A DNA stretch of 64,000 bases from Escherichia coli (GTDB lineage: Bacteria; Pseudomonadota; Gammaproteobacteria; Enterobacterales; Enterobacteriaceae). The stretch lies in NCBI RefSeq assembly GCF_965641715.1, contig NZ_OZ282453.1. One strand, given 5' to 3'. Both the position numbers and the translations under genes were made by a program. The notes beneath the pieces are model-generated. The model was not told the DNA's origin. It saw only the letters and a list, made by a program, of their open reading frames with translations, and searched no databases. Positions within the stretch are counted from its first letter, which is position 1. The number at the start of each line of letters is the position of its first letter. Positions 49,280 to 60,350 of this stretch are shown one piece after another.

Positions 49280-49446
49280 AATGCCAATCAAAATAATTGC
49301 TACAAATTTGTAACTTTTGCTGTTGTACCTGTACAATGTCCCGGTGTTCAAGTGGCCTTGCCGTTGTAAATGTAAGCTGTGCCACGTTTTTATTAACAAT
49401 ATTTGCCAGGGACTTGTGGTTTTCATTTAGGCGTGGCAATTCTATA
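49280..49446 (+). promoter_or_regulatory. fur promoter region with Fur-box-like AT-rich repeats
   Basis: gataatgccaatcaaaataattgctacaaatttgtaac upstream of uof-fur; fur is known to be autoregulated. Confidence 0.55.
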
Positions 49447-49533
49447 ATGATACGCATTATCTCAAGAGCAAATTCTGTCACTTCTTCTAATGAAGTGAAC
49501 CGCTTAGTAACAGGACAGATTCCGCATGACTGA
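49447..49533 (+). CDS. uof: fur leader peptide Uof
   Basis: 28 aa MIRIISRANSVTSSNEVNRLVTGQIPHD; overlaps the fur start, implying translational coupling. Confidence 0.8.
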   Translation: MIRIISRANSVTSSNEVNRLVTGQIPHD

Positions 49534-49972
49534 TAACAATACCGCCCTAAAGAAAGCTGGCCTGAAAGTAACGCTTCCACGTTTAAAAATCCTGGAAGTT
49601 CTTCAGGAGCCGGACAACCATCACGTCAGTGCGGAAGATTTATACAAACGTCTGATCGATATGGGTGAAGAAATTGGTCTGGCTACGGTATATCGCGTAC
49701 TGAACCAGTTTGACGACGCTGGTATCGTCACCCGCCACAATTTTGAAGGCGGTAAATCCGTATTTGAACTGACACAGCAACATCACCACGATCACCTGAT
49801 CTGCCTCGACTGCGGCAAGGTTATCGAATTTAGTGATGATTCCATCGAAGCGCGTCAGCGTGAAATTGCCGCAAAACATGGCATTCGCCTGACTAACCAC
49901 AGTCTCTATCTTTACGGTCACTGTGCCGAAGGCGATTGCCGCGAAGATGAGCACGCGCACGAAGGCAAATAA
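49526..49972 (+). CDS. fur: ferric uptake regulator
   Basis: 148 aa, MTDNNTALKKAGLKVTLPRLKILEVLQEP…. Confidence 0.97.
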   Translation: MTDNNTALKKAGLKVTLPRLKILEVLQEPDNHHVSAEDLYKRLIDMGEEIGLATVYRVLNQFDDAGIVTRHNFEGGKSVFELTQQHHHDHLICLDCGKVIEFSDDSIEARQREIAAKHGIRLTNHSLYLYGHCAEGDCREDEHAHEGK

Positions 49973-49990
49973 GCCAGTCTGAACGAGAAA

Positions 49991-50018
49991 AGCCAACCTG
50001 CGGGTTGGCTTTTTTATG
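49991..50018 (+). terminator. fur intrinsic terminator
   Basis: agccaacc-tgcg-ggttggct hairpin followed by TTTTTT. Confidence 0.7.
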
Positions 50019-50055
50019 CAAGGGAAATAAGAAAAGCGAGAGTTACAGCTCTCAC

Positions 50056-50382
50056 TTATTTGTTATTACTGCGAATTTCCTGCCAGACCTTATCACAATC
50101 GGCTTTCACCGCCTGATCATTTCCGGTTTGCGTTGCACGCAGACACTGCTGATAATCCAGTACGCGGACACTTTCCTGGTCGGCAAACTGCTGATGTTGT
50201 TTCTCTTTCTTCAGCACGTTTAACACGCTCTGGCAGGCTTCAATTTTTTCCGGCGAACCTTGCGCGGTGTTGATACAGGCGCTGTATGCCTCTTTCAGAC
50301 GACTGTCTTCCTGTGGCGCGGTTGATTGCGCACAAGCTACCAGCCCCGATGCCATCATGGCGATGAGAATCAGTTTTTTCAT
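50056..50382 (-). CDS. chiQ: chitobiose-operon lipoprotein ChiQ
   Basis: 108 aa with a lipoprotein signal (…GLVAC…). Confidence 0.85.
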   Translation of the reverse strand: MKKLILIAMMASGLVACAQSTAPQEDSRLKEAYSACINTAQGSPEKIEACQSVLNVLKKEKQHQQFADQESVRVLDYQQCLRATQTGNDQAVKADCDKVWQEIRSNNK

Positions 50383-50431
50383 AGCAAATTCCTCAAACGT
50401 GCGGCAGGCACAAAACCTGCCGCGTCGGGCA

Positions 50432-51838
50432 TCAGAAGATGGTGAATGGTGCGATTACCATAAATTTCACGTCGCGCTCATCCTGGAAGATGTTACCGTA
50501 ACCGCCACCCCAGCTTGGGATGTCGGAGTGGTTGTCGTATTCGGTGAAGTGCAGTTTGAACATCGTGCCTTTGGCGCGACCGTCCTGAATGGTGTAGACC
50601 GCATCCAGGCTGTATGCAGACTCTTCAATAGTCCGGTTTTTGTCGTAGTACGCATCCGGATTGCTCTGCCAAGTCGCAGGTTTAGCATCCCATGCGTAAA
50701 CGTAGGAAGCGCCGATGGCGAAGCCTGGAAGATTCCAGTTTTTCAGGTCATACATCGCACCGAAGAAGACCGCTTTTTCGCCGTTGGCGTTGAAGTCAGA
50801 ACGGTTATCCCACCAGATATCCAGGCGGCCGTTGGAAGAAGCGTAGGTTGGAGTCATACGTTGCAGGAAGTATCCCTGCTGACCTTCAGCCTTAACCCAG
50901 GTGCCTTCGAGGCGCAAATCCACTACGTCAGCCGCCCGGTAACCAAAGGTCAACGCTTGCAGCCAGGCGGTGCCGTCATAAAGATCGTTGACGCTGCGAT
51001 CGTCAACTTTATCGCGCGTACCGTAGAACTGGTAGCTGGTGGTTAACGGGCTACCGGCGATATCAAATTTGTAGCTGGCTTTGGCAAAGTATTGATCGAT
51101 ATACCCTTCCGCCTGACCAAATGCCGCTTCCAGTACGAAGTTATTTTTGAAGTCGTATTTCGCACCAAGGGAGTGCAGATAATCAACTTTGGTGGTTTTA
51201 TCGTTCTGATAAAACTCATCCATTTCCAGATGCCACGGTGCTTTGTATTCGTTGGTCCACATGTAGGAGAAACTCAACGCACCAGCATCGCCGTAATCAA
51301 AATTCGCTCCGGCTTCCGCACCCTGATAAGTACCCGGCATAAAGCTCCAGTGAGGCGCTAACAGCGTCTGACCGGTTGGCTGAATATAACCTGCCCTCGC
51401 CCAAACCGGACCGTATTTAAATTTGGCCGCAGCTTTATACAGGCTTATACCGCTTTTGTCGCCGGACCAGTCTTCGTCATAGGCTTTATTACTTTTTGAA
51501 AACGCGATTTCGTTCGGGTGAGAGCTGTCGCCGTTTTCCGCCATTTCAATCGCCGTAAACGCAGCAATATCAAGGCCGAACATATCAGCAGCATAACCGG
51601 ACTGAAAATCGAGGTTGGCATTCCAGGTGGAGTGAGAAAGGTTGGTTTTGTATTTGTCGCCGTCGGTAACATCTTTACGGTCGCGTTCACGCTGCCAGTA
51701 ATATATACCGCCGGTTAAGGTTGAATCGTCGATGAATCCTTCGGCGCGAGCCTCCGGCATTGCCATAAAGCCCGACATTGCTGTAACACCGGCGATAGCC
51801 AGCGCCAGCGTACTACGTTTGCCACTAAACGTACGCAT
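50432..51838 (-). CDS. chiP: chitoporin (OprD-family outer-membrane porin)
   Basis: 468 aa with signal peptide, ending in a C-terminal aromatic residue (…APFTIF). Confidence 0.9.
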   Translation of the reverse strand: MRTFSGKRSTLALAIAGVTAMSGFMAMPEARAEGFIDDSTLTGGIYYWQRERDRKDVTDGDKYKTNLSHSTWNANLDFQSGYAADMFGLDIAAFTAIEMAENGDSSHPNEIAFSKSNKAYDEDWSGDKSGISLYKAAAKFKYGPVWARAGYIQPTGQTLLAPHWSFMPGTYQGAEAGANFDYGDAGALSFSYMWTNEYKAPWHLEMDEFYQNDKTTKVDYLHSLGAKYDFKNNFVLEAAFGQAEGYIDQYFAKASYKFDIAGSPLTTSYQFYGTRDKVDDRSVNDLYDGTAWLQALTFGYRAADVVDLRLEGTWVKAEGQQGYFLQRMTPTYASSNGRLDIWWDNRSDFNANGEKAVFFGAMYDLKNWNLPGFAIGASYVYAWDAKPATWQSNPDAYYDKNRTIEESAYSLDAVYTIQDGRAKGTMFKLHFTEYDNHSDIPSWGGGYGNIFQDERDVKFMVIAPFTIF

Positions 51839-52150
51839 GGGTTAATCCTCTTTGACGTATAAATTGCTGCACCAAAGGTGAACAGCGAAAAAAAATAAAA
51901 ATTAAAAAAGTAGCGTTGAGAAAAGTCTCGCTGACTACAGGAACAGACTATTTTTCGCGACGCGAATTATCAATCTCTTTCTGTAACCAGAATGTAAGAA
52001 CATGAGCAACCGCACATATTTTGATGATTTTTGTTACAAGGCTTAAGTTTGCGGTTGAAAGGCTTGCAGAAGAATAAAAGCGTGAATTTCCAGCAAGATG
52101 AAAGCGGTTACATTTTATTTAATTATGTTTTGTTATTTTAAATTTATTTT
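51839..52150 (-). promoter_or_regulatory. chiPQ promoter and 5' leader
   Basis: AT-rich region upstream of chiP; in E. coli this leader is the known ChiX sRNA / NagC target region. No motif verified here. Confidence 0.4.
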
Positions 52151-52227
52151 ATGGATAAATTGCGAAGCGGAATTAATTCGCGAAGAAAAGCAGAAAAAAC
52201 GCCGCTGAACGCGGCGTTTTGGATTGT

Positions 52228-52412
52228 TTGCATATTTCTTGCCGGATGCGGCGTGAACGCCTTATCCGGCCTACAAAAGCACGCAAACTCAATATATTGC
52301 AGAGATCATGTAGGCCTGATAAGCGTAGCGCATCAGGCAATTTAGCGTTTGAAACTGTTTGTCTGTTCCTTGCCGGATGCGACGTAAACGCCCCATCCGG
52401 CATAGCGAAACT
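52228..52412. repeat. REP/BIME cluster between glnS and chiP
   Basis: Three REP palindromes: gccggatgcggcgtgaacgccttatccggcctac, gtaggcctgataagcgtagcgcatcaggc and gccggatgcgacgtaaacgccccatccggc. Confidence 0.8.
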
Positions 52413-52417
52413 TAAAA

Positions 52418-54082
52418 TTACTCGCCAACTTTCGCCCAGGTATCACGCAGCCCAACGGTGCGGTTAAATACCGGTTTTTCGGCAGTGGAATGGCGGCTAT
52501 CGAGGCAGAAGTAACCTTCACGCTCAAACTGGAATGCTTTACCCGCAACCGCATCTTTCAGCGACGGTTCAGCAAAGCCCTGTTTGATCACCAGCGATTC
52601 CGGGTTAATCACCGACAGGAAATCATCCGCAGCACCAGGGTTCGGCACACTGAACAGACGGTCATACAAACGGATTTCAACCGGCAGCGCATGTGCCGCG
52701 CTCACCCAGTGAATAACACCTTTGACTTTACGACCATCTGCCGGATCTTTACTTAAGGTATCGGCGTCATAAGTACAGAAGATGGTGGTGATATTACCTT
52801 CGGCATCTTTCTCGACGCGTTCTGCCTTAATCACATAAGCATTACGCAGACGCACTTCTTTACCGAGCACCAGACGTTTGTACTGCTTGTTAGCTTCTTC
52901 GCGGAAATCGGCGCGATCGATCCAAATCTCACCGCTAAACGGCACCTGACGGCTCCCCATTTCCGGTTTGTTCGGATGGTTCGGCATGGTGACCATTTCG
53001 CCTTCGCCCTGATAGTTTTCGATAACCAGTTTCACCGGATCGATAACCGCCATTGCGCGCGGCGCATTTTCGTTGAGATCTTCACGGATGCAGGATTCCA
53101 GCGACGCCATCTCAATGGTGTTGTCCTGCTTGGTCACGCCGATGCGTTTGCAGAACTCACGAATAGAAGCCGCAGTGTAACCACGACGACGCAGACCGGA
53201 AATGGTCGGCATTCGCGGGTCATCCCAGCCTTCAACGTGCTTGTCGGTCACCAGCAGGTTCAGCTTACGCTTGGACATCACAGTGTATTCCAGATTCAGG
53301 CGCGAGAATTCGTACTGGCGCGGGTGAACAGGAATGGTGATGTTGTCCAGCACCCAGTCGTACAGGCGACGGTTGTCCTGGAACTCAAGCGTACACAGAG
53401 AGTGCGTAATACCTTCCAGCGCATCGCTGATGCAATGGGTGAAGTCGTACATCGGGTAGATGCACCACTTGTTGCCAGTCTGGTGGTGTTCAGCAAATTT
53501 AATGCGGTACAGCACCGGATCGCGCATTACGATAAATGGCGACGCCATGTCGATTTTCGCACGCAGGCAGGCTTTACCTTCTTCAAAACCGCCGGTACGC
53601 ATTTTCTCGAACAGCGCCAGGTTCTCTTCAACGCTACGGTCGCGGTACGGGCTGTTTTTACCAGGCTGCGTCAGGGTGCCGCGGTATTCGCGGATCTGTT
53701 CCGGCGTCAGTTCATCAACGTACGCCAGGCCTTTATTGATCAGTTCGATCGCATAGGCGTGGAGCTGATCAAAATAATCGGAGGAGTAACGGACGTTACC
53801 AGACCAGTGAAAACCTAACCACTCAACGTCGTTTTTGATCGAATCGACATACTCGATATCTTCTTTTACCGGGTTAGTGTCGTCGAAACGCAGGTTGCAC
53901 TGGCCTTTATAGTCCTGGGCGATCCCGAAGTTCAGGCAGATAGATTTCGCATGGCCAATATGCAGATAGCCATTCGGCTCCGGCGGGAAACGGGTGTGTA
54001 CTGTGGTGTGCTTACCACTGGCCAGATCTTCATCGATGATCTGACGAATAAAGTTAGTCGGGCGGGCTTCTGCCTCACTCAT
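52418..54082 (-). CDS. glnS: glutaminyl-tRNA synthetase
   Basis: 554 aa, [24 protein letters not shown]…; class I HIGH motif (HIGH). Confidence 0.97.
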   Translation of the reverse strand: MSEAEARPTNFIRQIIDEDLASGKHTTVHTRFPPEPNGYLHIGHAKSICLNFGIAQDYKGQCNLRFDDTNPVKEDIEYVDSIKNDVEWLGFHWSGNVRYSSDYFDQLHAYAIELINKGLAYVDELTPEQIREYRGTLTQPGKNSPYRDRSVEENLALFEKMRTGGFEEGKACLRAKIDMASPFIVMRDPVLYRIKFAEHHQTGNKWCIYPMYDFTHCISDALEGITHSLCTLEFQDNRRLYDWVLDNITIPVHPRQYEFSRLNLEYTVMSKRKLNLLVTDKHVEGWDDPRMPTISGLRRRGYTAASIREFCKRIGVTKQDNTIEMASLESCIREDLNENAPRAMAVIDPVKLVIENYQGEGEMVTMPNHPNKPEMGSRQVPFSGEIWIDRADFREEANKQYKRLVLGKEVRLRNAYVIKAERVEKDAEGNITTIFCTYDADTLSKDPADGRKVKGVIHWVSAAHALPVEIRLYDRLFSVPNPGAADDFLSVINPESLVIKQGFAEPSLKDAVAGKAFQFEREGYFCLDSRHSTAEKPVFNRTVGLRDTWAKVGE

Positions 54083-54301
54083 CGTGGATTCCTCAAAGCG
54101 TAAACAACGTATAACGGCGTATGATCTTATAAGCGGGACAGGCTGACAACTGTTAGTTAGCGAAAAAGTGGTTTTGCGTAAGATATTGGGGCGTTTTCTG
54201 CGCTACAGCCAGCAGATCCTCGCGCTGGAGACGTAAGGCCAAACGTCGCCAGCCTGACGCGTTTATTAAATTTCCGGATGAGCTGGCCGCAGAGTCGTAG
54301 A

Positions 54302-55063
54302 TTAATCCGCTATGATTAAACGCGTCGACAAGGACGCCAGCGTTTTGCGCGTCTGCCCATCAAGCTGATTATCCGTAATAATCTCTGTCAGTTCATTAAG
54401 ATGCGCGATATTAAACAGCGACCATGAACCGTATTTTGAGCTGTCAGCCAGGAGAATTTTGCGCGAAGCATGCGCGATAAGATCGCGTTTTAGTGCGGCT
54501 TTCTCTTCCGTGGGTGCTGTAATACCCTTTTCAAGATCCCAGCTGTTACAGCTTAAAAATGCCACGTCCGGCCAGGTATTTTGCAGCATTTTACGACCAT
54601 GTTCGCCAATGCAGGACTGGCTGGAGTCGTCGATACGTCCGCCGATAATCGTCACTTCAATCTGCTTGAATTCAGCCAAAAAAAGCGCGATATGCAGGTC
54701 GCTGGTGATCACGCGAAGCGGTAAATGGGTAATCTGCCGCGCAAGTTCAATCATTGTCGTACCGGCATCAAGGACGACGGAATCCCCCGCTTTGACCATT
54801 GACGCCGCTGCGCTGGCGATGGCATGTTTTTCCGCCAGGCTGCGCTGCATTTTCTCATGGGTAGTCGGTTGGGTAGGAATAAACCGGTTGAGGGTCACAC
54901 CGCCGTGTGTACGGCTGATAACACCCTGCTCATCGAGTTTTATCAGGTCTCGACGAATCGTGGCCGGCGACGCATTGGTTACCGCCACCAGCTCATCAAC
55001 GGTGACCAGATTATGGCTTTTCAGGTAATCCATGATCTGCTCTAACCGGTTATATCCCTTCAT
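54302..55063 (-). CDS. DeoR/GlpR-family transcriptional regulator
   Basis: 253 aa; N-terminal HTH …[21 protein letters not shown]… typical of DeoR; last gene of the minus-strand kinase-dehydrogenase-regulator operon. Confidence 0.85.
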   Translation of the reverse strand: MKGYNRLEQIMDYLKSHNLVTVDELVAVTNASPATIRRDLIKLDEQGVISRTHGGVTLNRFIPTQPTTHEKMQRSLAEKHAIASAAASMVKAGDSVVLDAGTTMIELARQITHLPLRVITSDLHIALFLAEFKQIEVTIIGGRIDDSSQSCIGEHGRKMLQNTWPDVAFLSCNSWDLEKGITAPTEEKAALKRDLIAHASRKILLADSSKYGSWSLFNIAHLNELTEIITDNQLDGQTRKTLASLSTRLIIAD

Positions 55064-55064
55064 T

Positions 55065-56051
55065 TTATTCTCGCGAAATCTGCATTGCTAACTGGATGGA
55101 AACTGCCATGCTCTCAGACTTGGCTTTTCCTGTCCAGGCAATATCAAATGCGGTGCCGTGGTCGGCAGAAGTACGAATAAATGGCAACCCGGCGGTGATA
55201 TTCACCCCATCATAAAATCCAAGCAGTTTTAAAGGGATATGCCCCTGATCGTGGTACATAGCCACCACCATATCGAATAGCCCTTCATGGCACTGCATGA
55301 ACACGGTATCTGGCGGGCACGGGCCAGTAACATCAATATCTTCGGCCTGCATTGCTTCAATCGCAGGTGCGATAATCTCGATTTCCTCAGTGCCGAATAA
55401 ACCGTGTTCCCCTGCATGTGGATTTACACCCGCCACGGCAATACGCGGACGCTCAATACCGACACGTTTCAGGAAGTGGTTCGCAACTCGAATAACCGTT
55501 TTGACCCTTTCACCGTTCAATGTATCCAGGAATTTACGCAGTGAGATGTGAGTCGAAATATGGATAACCTTGAGCTTATCGGTATAGAGCACCATCGCGT
55601 ACTCTTTGCTGCCGGTAAGATGGGCCAGCAATTCCGTATGGCCAGGATAGTTATGCCCGCCAAGATGCAGCGCTTCTTTATTCAACGGCGCAGTGGCTAT
55701 GGCTTTCACCTCGCCTGATAAGGCCAGGGCCGTTGCACGTTTGATACAGCGATACGCTAAATCGCCTGCCGCAGCCTGTACCACTCCGGGTGTCAGCGCA
55801 TCGGGGTTAGCCAGCGGCTCATCCATCACGTTAATCACGCCGGGAGCAAAGTGGGCGTCGCACACCTTTTGAATGACGCGTAACTCTGTCTGCGGCGTGA
55901 TATTCATCGCCATAATACGTCGTAACGTGCGCACACAGCCCACCACCACCACCGGGGCACCAGCAAGCCCGGCTTCGCTCAGGGATTTAATAATGATCTC
56001 CGGGCCAATACCCGCCGGATCGCCCATCGTTACCGCAATAATATTATTCAC
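55065..56051 (-). CDS. PdxA-family NAD-dependent dehydrogenase (PdxA2-like)
   Basis: 328 aa with a PdxA-type N-terminus (…[14 protein letters not shown]…); adjacent to a DUF1537 kinase. Confidence 0.8.
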   Translation of the reverse strand: MNNIIAVTMGDPAGIGPEIIIKSLSEAGLAGAPVVVVGCVRTLRRIMAMNITPQTELRVIQKVCDAHFAPGVINVMDEPLANPDALTPGVVQAAAGDLAYRCIKRATALALSGEVKAIATAPLNKEALHLGGHNYPGHTELLAHLTGSKEYAMVLYTDKLKVIHISTHISLRKFLDTLNGERVKTVIRVANHFLKRVGIERPRIAVAGVNPHAGEHGLFGTEEIEIIAPAIEAMQAEDIDVTGPCPPDTVFMQCHEGLFDMVVAMYHDQGHIPLKLLGFYDGVNITAGLPFIRTSADHGTAFDIAWTGKAKSESMAVSIQLAMQISRE

Positions 56052-57282
56052 TACGCTTCTCCTCGATAAAATTCAGAACCTGATGCAACGTGGTCTCATC
56101 GCCAAACCCACCGGCTTTCGTCATCACCGAACGGGACCAGACGCCGCCCAGAAAGTGACCGTATGGAACGCACTGCGCCACCTTCCCCGTAATACGAAAC
56201 CCGGTCGCACCTAACGCACTGGCTGTTGCCATTGCGACATCGCCACCAGAGAGATAAAGGGCATCAGGGGTGACACGAAGCAGAACTTGCCGGGTAAGTT
56301 CGCCAAGAAACCGGCAAATTTTTTCCCCAAGCGCAGCGCGACTCATCTGCCAACGCTGGCAAAGGGTGTCGATATGGTGCCTTGCTTCAGAATCGGTACA
56401 GGTGTGGACAATGCAGTGGTCCCCTTTCTGTAAGGCCTGCACAATACGCGCGTCATAGCCCCTGGCGTTGCCTGCCAGAATGTGTTCAACATCGACGTAT
56501 ATCTGTGTGATACGTGAGTGTGAATGCAGTGTGGCGATCTGCCGTTGAGCGATTTCGCTCATTGAACCAATAATGGCCAGCACGGTGGGTGGCGGCATAA
56601 TCGCCGAGCGCCGGGCAACGGCATCACAAATACCAGCGGAGCCGACCAGCAGCAGCGGTTGTTTAGCCTGCATCACAGCGGCAGCGATGCAATCCAGGTC
56701 GCTGTCCGTCTGCGCATCCATCACCCCAATCCACGGTTGCTCACGAGACAAATGGCTGAGCTCAGAAACTGTAACGGGCTGGCATGGAATGGCCGTCTGC
56801 AACCGAATGATGTCCGCAATTCGTGCGCTCATTACCGGGGTTTTTGGATCGCTGGCAAACTCGGTTTCCGTTAGCCGCACGCCGTTTACCCGACACTCAC
56901 CGTCCACCGTGGTCCTTCCCACCTGGGGAAATGCGGGGGCAACCACTGCGCCCGTTATGCCGCATGCCTGCATCAGGGCTTCAATTTCTGCGCCGATATT
57001 CCCTCGCAGCGTGGAATCTATCTTTTTAATCATGAGCGGCGGGTTATTCGCCAGAGGGAGATGACTCATCAGCGAGGTCATTTTCATCGCGGCCTGCTTA
57101 GGATCCATCGCCCGACTGTCGCTATTAATCACCCATACGCTTGCATCACCGTGATAAGGCGTTGCAAAGGCCACATCAACCGTATGTCCCACCTGCGCCA
57201 GGCTTACTCCTGCGTCGTTGGCCCCTGTGAAATCATCGGCAACGACGAGAATGCTCGGCTTAGTGATTCCCTTTTCCATCAT
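56044..57282 (-). CDS. four-carbon acid-sugar kinase family protein (DUF1537; DtnK/OtnK/DenK-like)
   Basis: N-terminal …ILVVADDFTGANDAG… motif; start ambiguous (57282, 57279 or 57321); overlaps the PdxA-family gene by 8 nt. Confidence 0.75.
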   Translation of the reverse strand: MMEKGITKPSILVVADDFTGANDAGVSLAQVGHTVDVAFATPYHGDASVWVINSDSRAMDPKQAAMKMTSLMSHLPLANNPPLMIKKIDSTLRGNIGAEIEALMQACGITGAVVAPAFPQVGRTTVDGECRVNGVRLTETEFASDPKTPVMSARIADIIRLQTAIPCQPVTVSELSHLSREQPWIGVMDAQTDSDLDCIAAAVMQAKQPLLLVGSAGICDAVARRSAIMPPPTVLAIIGSMSEIAQRQIATLHSHSRITQIYVDVEHILAGNARGYDARIVQALQKGDHCIVHTCTDSEARHHIDTLCQRWQMSRAALGEKICRFLGELTRQVLLRVTPDALYLSGGDVAMATASALGATGFRITGKVAQCVPYGHFLGGVWSRSVMTKAGGFGDETTLHQVLNFIEEKRSE

Positions 57283-57299
57283 CACTCCAGGTTGTTTTA

Positions 57300-57448
57300 T
57301 GATGACAATGATTATATTCAATCACGATTGATTAAATGTGAGCAAGTTCAAGTTATTAATCACTCGAATAAATTATAAAATTAGGCCATGTTACGTAGAC
57401 AACGGTATTTTGAATGATTGATTTCAATCACGAGAAGAGAGGTTATTT
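57300..57448. promoter_or_regulatory. divergent promoter/operator region with repeated TTCAATCACGA motifs
   Basis: Motif at 57318-57328 and 57423-57433, each next to a gattgatt half-site; lies between the divergent kinase and alcohol-dehydrogenase operons. Confidence 0.45.
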
Positions 57449-58606
57449 GTGGTAATTATCAATAGCACGATACTGAGCGGCGCAGGCGCTATCCCTTCCC
57501 TGACGTCGCTCTTACCCGGCGTCAGAAAATTGCTGCTGGTCACAGACAGCAATATTGCGCAGCTTAACGGAGTGCAGCAGATTCGCGCCTTACTGGAAAA
57601 GCACTGCCCGCAGGTGAGCGTTATCGATAATGTGCCTGCAGAGCCTACGCATCATGATGTGCGCCAGCAAATGGCGACCCTCGGCAACGCGTCGTTTGAT
57701 GTAGTAGTGGGCGTCGGCGGCGGCAGCGTGCTGGATGTCGCAAAACTGTTGTCGGTGCTTTGTCACCCCGATTCACCGGGGCTGGATGCGCTGCTTGCCG
57801 GTGAAAAACCGACGCAGCGGGTGCAATCATGGTTGATTCCTACAACCGCCGGTACCGGCTCAGAAGCCACGCCAAATGCGATTCTGGCGATCCCTGAACA
57901 AAGCACGAAGGTGGGTATTATTTCTCCGGTGCTGCTACCGGATTATGTGGCACTTTTCCCCGAGCTGACCACCAGCATGCCCGCACATATTGCAGCGTCT
58001 ACGGGCATTGATGCGCTTTGTCACTTACTGGAGTGTTTTACCGCGACCGTGGCAAATCCGGTCAGCGATAACGCGGCGCTAACCGGGTTAAGTAAGCTTT
58101 TCCGGCATATTCAACCCGCCGTGAACGATCCTCAGGATCTGCGCGCAAAACTGGAAATGCTGTGGGCGTCTTACTATGGCGGCGTAGCGATAACCCATGC
58201 GGGCACGCACCTGGTCCATGCGCTCTCCTACCCGTTAGGCGGCAAATATCACCTGCCGCACGGTGTGGCGAATGCCATCTTGCTGGCACCGTGCATGGCG
58301 GTTGTTCGCCCCTGGGCGGTCGAGAAATTTGCCCAGGTCTGGGATTGCATTCCCGATGCGGATACATCCTTGAGCGCGGAAGAGAAATCTCACGCTCTGG
58401 TGGCCTGGCTACAGGCATTAGTCAATCAACTCAAGCTGCCCAACAATCTCGCGGATCTTGGCGTACCGCCAGATGATATTACGTCTCTTAGCGCGGCGGC
58501 ACTGAACGTGAAGCGCCTGATGAACAATTCCCCCTGCCAACTGAATCAGCGGGACGTGCAGGCCATTTACCAAACGCTGTTTCCGCAACATCAATTTAAG
58601 GAGTAA
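57449..58606 (+). CDS. iron-containing (group III) alcohol dehydrogenase family oxidoreductase
   Basis: 385 aa with GTG start and upstream RBS gagaagagagg; GGGSVLD nucleotide-binding motif. Confidence 0.8.
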   Translation: MVIINSTILSGAGAIPSLTSLLPGVRKLLLVTDSNIAQLNGVQQIRALLEKHCPQVSVIDNVPAEPTHHDVRQQMATLGNASFDVVVGVGGGSVLDVAKLLSVLCHPDSPGLDALLAGEKPTQRVQSWLIPTTAGTGSEATPNAILAIPEQSTKVGIISPVLLPDYVALFPELTTSMPAHIAASTGIDALCHLLECFTATVANPVSDNAALTGLSKLFRHIQPAVNDPQDLRAKLEMLWASYYGGVAITHAGTHLVHALSYPLGGKYHLPHGVANAILLAPCMAVVRPWAVEKFAQVWDCIPDADTSLSAEEKSHALVAWLQALVNQLKLPNNLADLGVPPDDITSLSAAALNVKRLMNNSPCQLNQRDVQAIYQTLFPQHQFKE

Positions 58607-58609
58607 ATC

Positions 58610-59497
58610 ATGCCAAAAACCATTGAAGGTGTATTAACCGCCATCGTCACCCCGTTTACCGCGACCGGCGTCCTGAATCTCCCGGCGTTAAAAGTGCAGG
58701 TTAATCGCCAACTGGAAGCCGGTAACGCGATTTTTTGCGGCGGCACCAACGGCGAGTTTTTTGTGTTGAACGAACAGGAGAAGCTCAGCGTTACGCAAAC
58801 CTGCGTGGATGAAGTGGCTGGCCGCGCACCGGTCGTGGCGCACATTGGTGAGATCTCGACGCGCGAAACCATTCGTCTGGGTCAGCAGATTGAAAAACTG
58901 GGCGTTGATGCGGTATCGGTCATTACCCCGTACTTTGTACCGCTAAAACAGGAAGAGCTGATTGCCCATTACACCGCAATTGCCGACGCACTAAGCATTC
59001 CCATGTTTCTCTATAACATCCCGGCCCGCACCGGCAATACGATTCAGCCGGAAACCGCGCGCGCTCTGGCGTCGCATCCCAATATCATTGGGATTAAAGA
59101 CAGCGCCGGAAGCTACGAAAGCCTGAAGGGTTTTCTCGATGCTGTGCGCAACATTGACGGCTTTAATGTGCTCAACGGCCCGGATTCGCTGATCCATAAA
59201 GGGTTTGTCGAGGGGTGTTCAGCCTGTATTTCCGGGCTCGCCAACGTCGCGCCGCGAGAAATCAATGCCATCTGGTCTCGCTTCCATGCCGGTGATATTG
59301 AAGGATCGTATCAGGCACAGGAGAGTGTGACTGGCCTGCGTACCGATCTTTATAAAGTAGCATTCTCCCCAGCTGCGGTGAAAAAAGCGTTGCAGCTTAT
59401 GGGGCATGATGTTGGTGATAGCCGCTACGCGGTTAATTTCACGCCTGAACAGATCAGCGAGATTCAACAAATTATTCGTCATTATCACATTAATTAA
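58610..59497 (+). CDS. DapA/NanA-family class I aldolase (dihydrodipicolinate synthase-like lyase)
   Basis: 295 aa with GTNGE motif, a Tyr in ITPYF and a Schiff-base Lys candidate in IIGIKDS (Lys163); 3 nt after the dehydrogenase gene. Confidence 0.8.
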   Translation: MPKTIEGVLTAIVTPFTATGVLNLPALKVQVNRQLEAGNAIFCGGTNGEFFVLNEQEKLSVTQTCVDEVAGRAPVVAHIGEISTRETIRLGQQIEKLGVDAVSVITPYFVPLKQEELIAHYTAIADALSIPMFLYNIPARTGNTIQPETARALASHPNIIGIKDSAGSYESLKGFLDAVRNIDGFNVLNGPDSLIHKGFVEGCSACISGLANVAPREINAIWSRFHAGDIEGSYQAQESVTGLRTDLYKVAFSPAAVKKALQLMGHDVGDSRYAVNFTPEQISEIQQIIRHYHIN

Positions 59498-59556
59498 ATT
59501 AACTCTATTATCCAGCCCGCTATAACGTATAGATAAAGAGAATAAAGGATTACCCC

Positions 59557-60315
59557 ATGTTTTTGTGGTTTATGCAGCCAGATATCTGGCTCACTTTAAT
59601 TACCCTCACCTTTCTGGAAATTATTCTCGGGGTGGATAATATTATTTTTCTTTCACTGGTGGTGGCAAAACTTCCGTTATCACAACAAAATATGGCGCGT
59701 AAACTGGGTTTAAGCTGCGCGATGATTATGCGGATATTATTGCTGATATCCATTGCGTGGCTTTCACATATTACCCAGCCGCTTTTTACCGTGCTGGCGC
59801 TGGAGATTTCGTTCCGCACGTTGATTCTACTCGGGGGCGGGCTGTTCCTGATTTATAAAGCGATACAGGAGATACGCGAAGAGTTGTCGCCCGCGCAGGA
59901 AGACGCGCATGGCAGCGGGTCGCGGCAGCTGTCGCTGTGCGGTGCTATCGTACAGATAATGCTGCTGGATATTGTGTTCAGCCTGGACTCGGTGATCACC
60001 GCCGTCGGCCTTTCTCAGCATATATTTATTATGATTGCTGCCGTCATGATTGCCGTTGGCATCATGATGTTTGCGGCGAAAACCATTGGTGACTTCGTGA
60101 ACGCGACGCCATCGATAAAAATACTGGCGTTAACCTTTTTATTATTTGTCGGCGTATTGTTGGTTGCCGATAGCCTCAATATTCATATTGCCAAAGAGTA
60201 TCTCTACTTCGCGATATTTTTCTCATTAAGCGTGGAGACACTCAATATTTTCCGTGAAAGAAGACATAAAAAAGTTTCGACATCGATCGAAACGCATGAA
60301 TCGAACTCGCATTAA
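59557..60315 (+). CDS. TerC-family integral membrane protein
   Basis: 252 aa polytopic protein with a TerC-like …LEIILGVDNIIFLSLV… motif. Confidence 0.7.
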   Translation: MFLWFMQPDIWLTLITLTFLEIILGVDNIIFLSLVVAKLPLSQQNMARKLGLSCAMIMRILLLISIAWLSHITQPLFTVLALEISFRTLILLGGGLFLIYKAIQEIREELSPAQEDAHGSGSRQLSLCGAIVQIMLLDIVFSLDSVITAVGLSQHIFIMIAAVMIAVGIMMFAAKTIGDFVNATPSIKILALTFLLFVGVLLVADSLNIHIAKEYLYFAIFFSLSVETLNIFRERRHKKVSTSIETHESNSH

Positions 60316-60350
60316 TAAATCTATTACCGACTTTAAGATGGAGTCTAACT

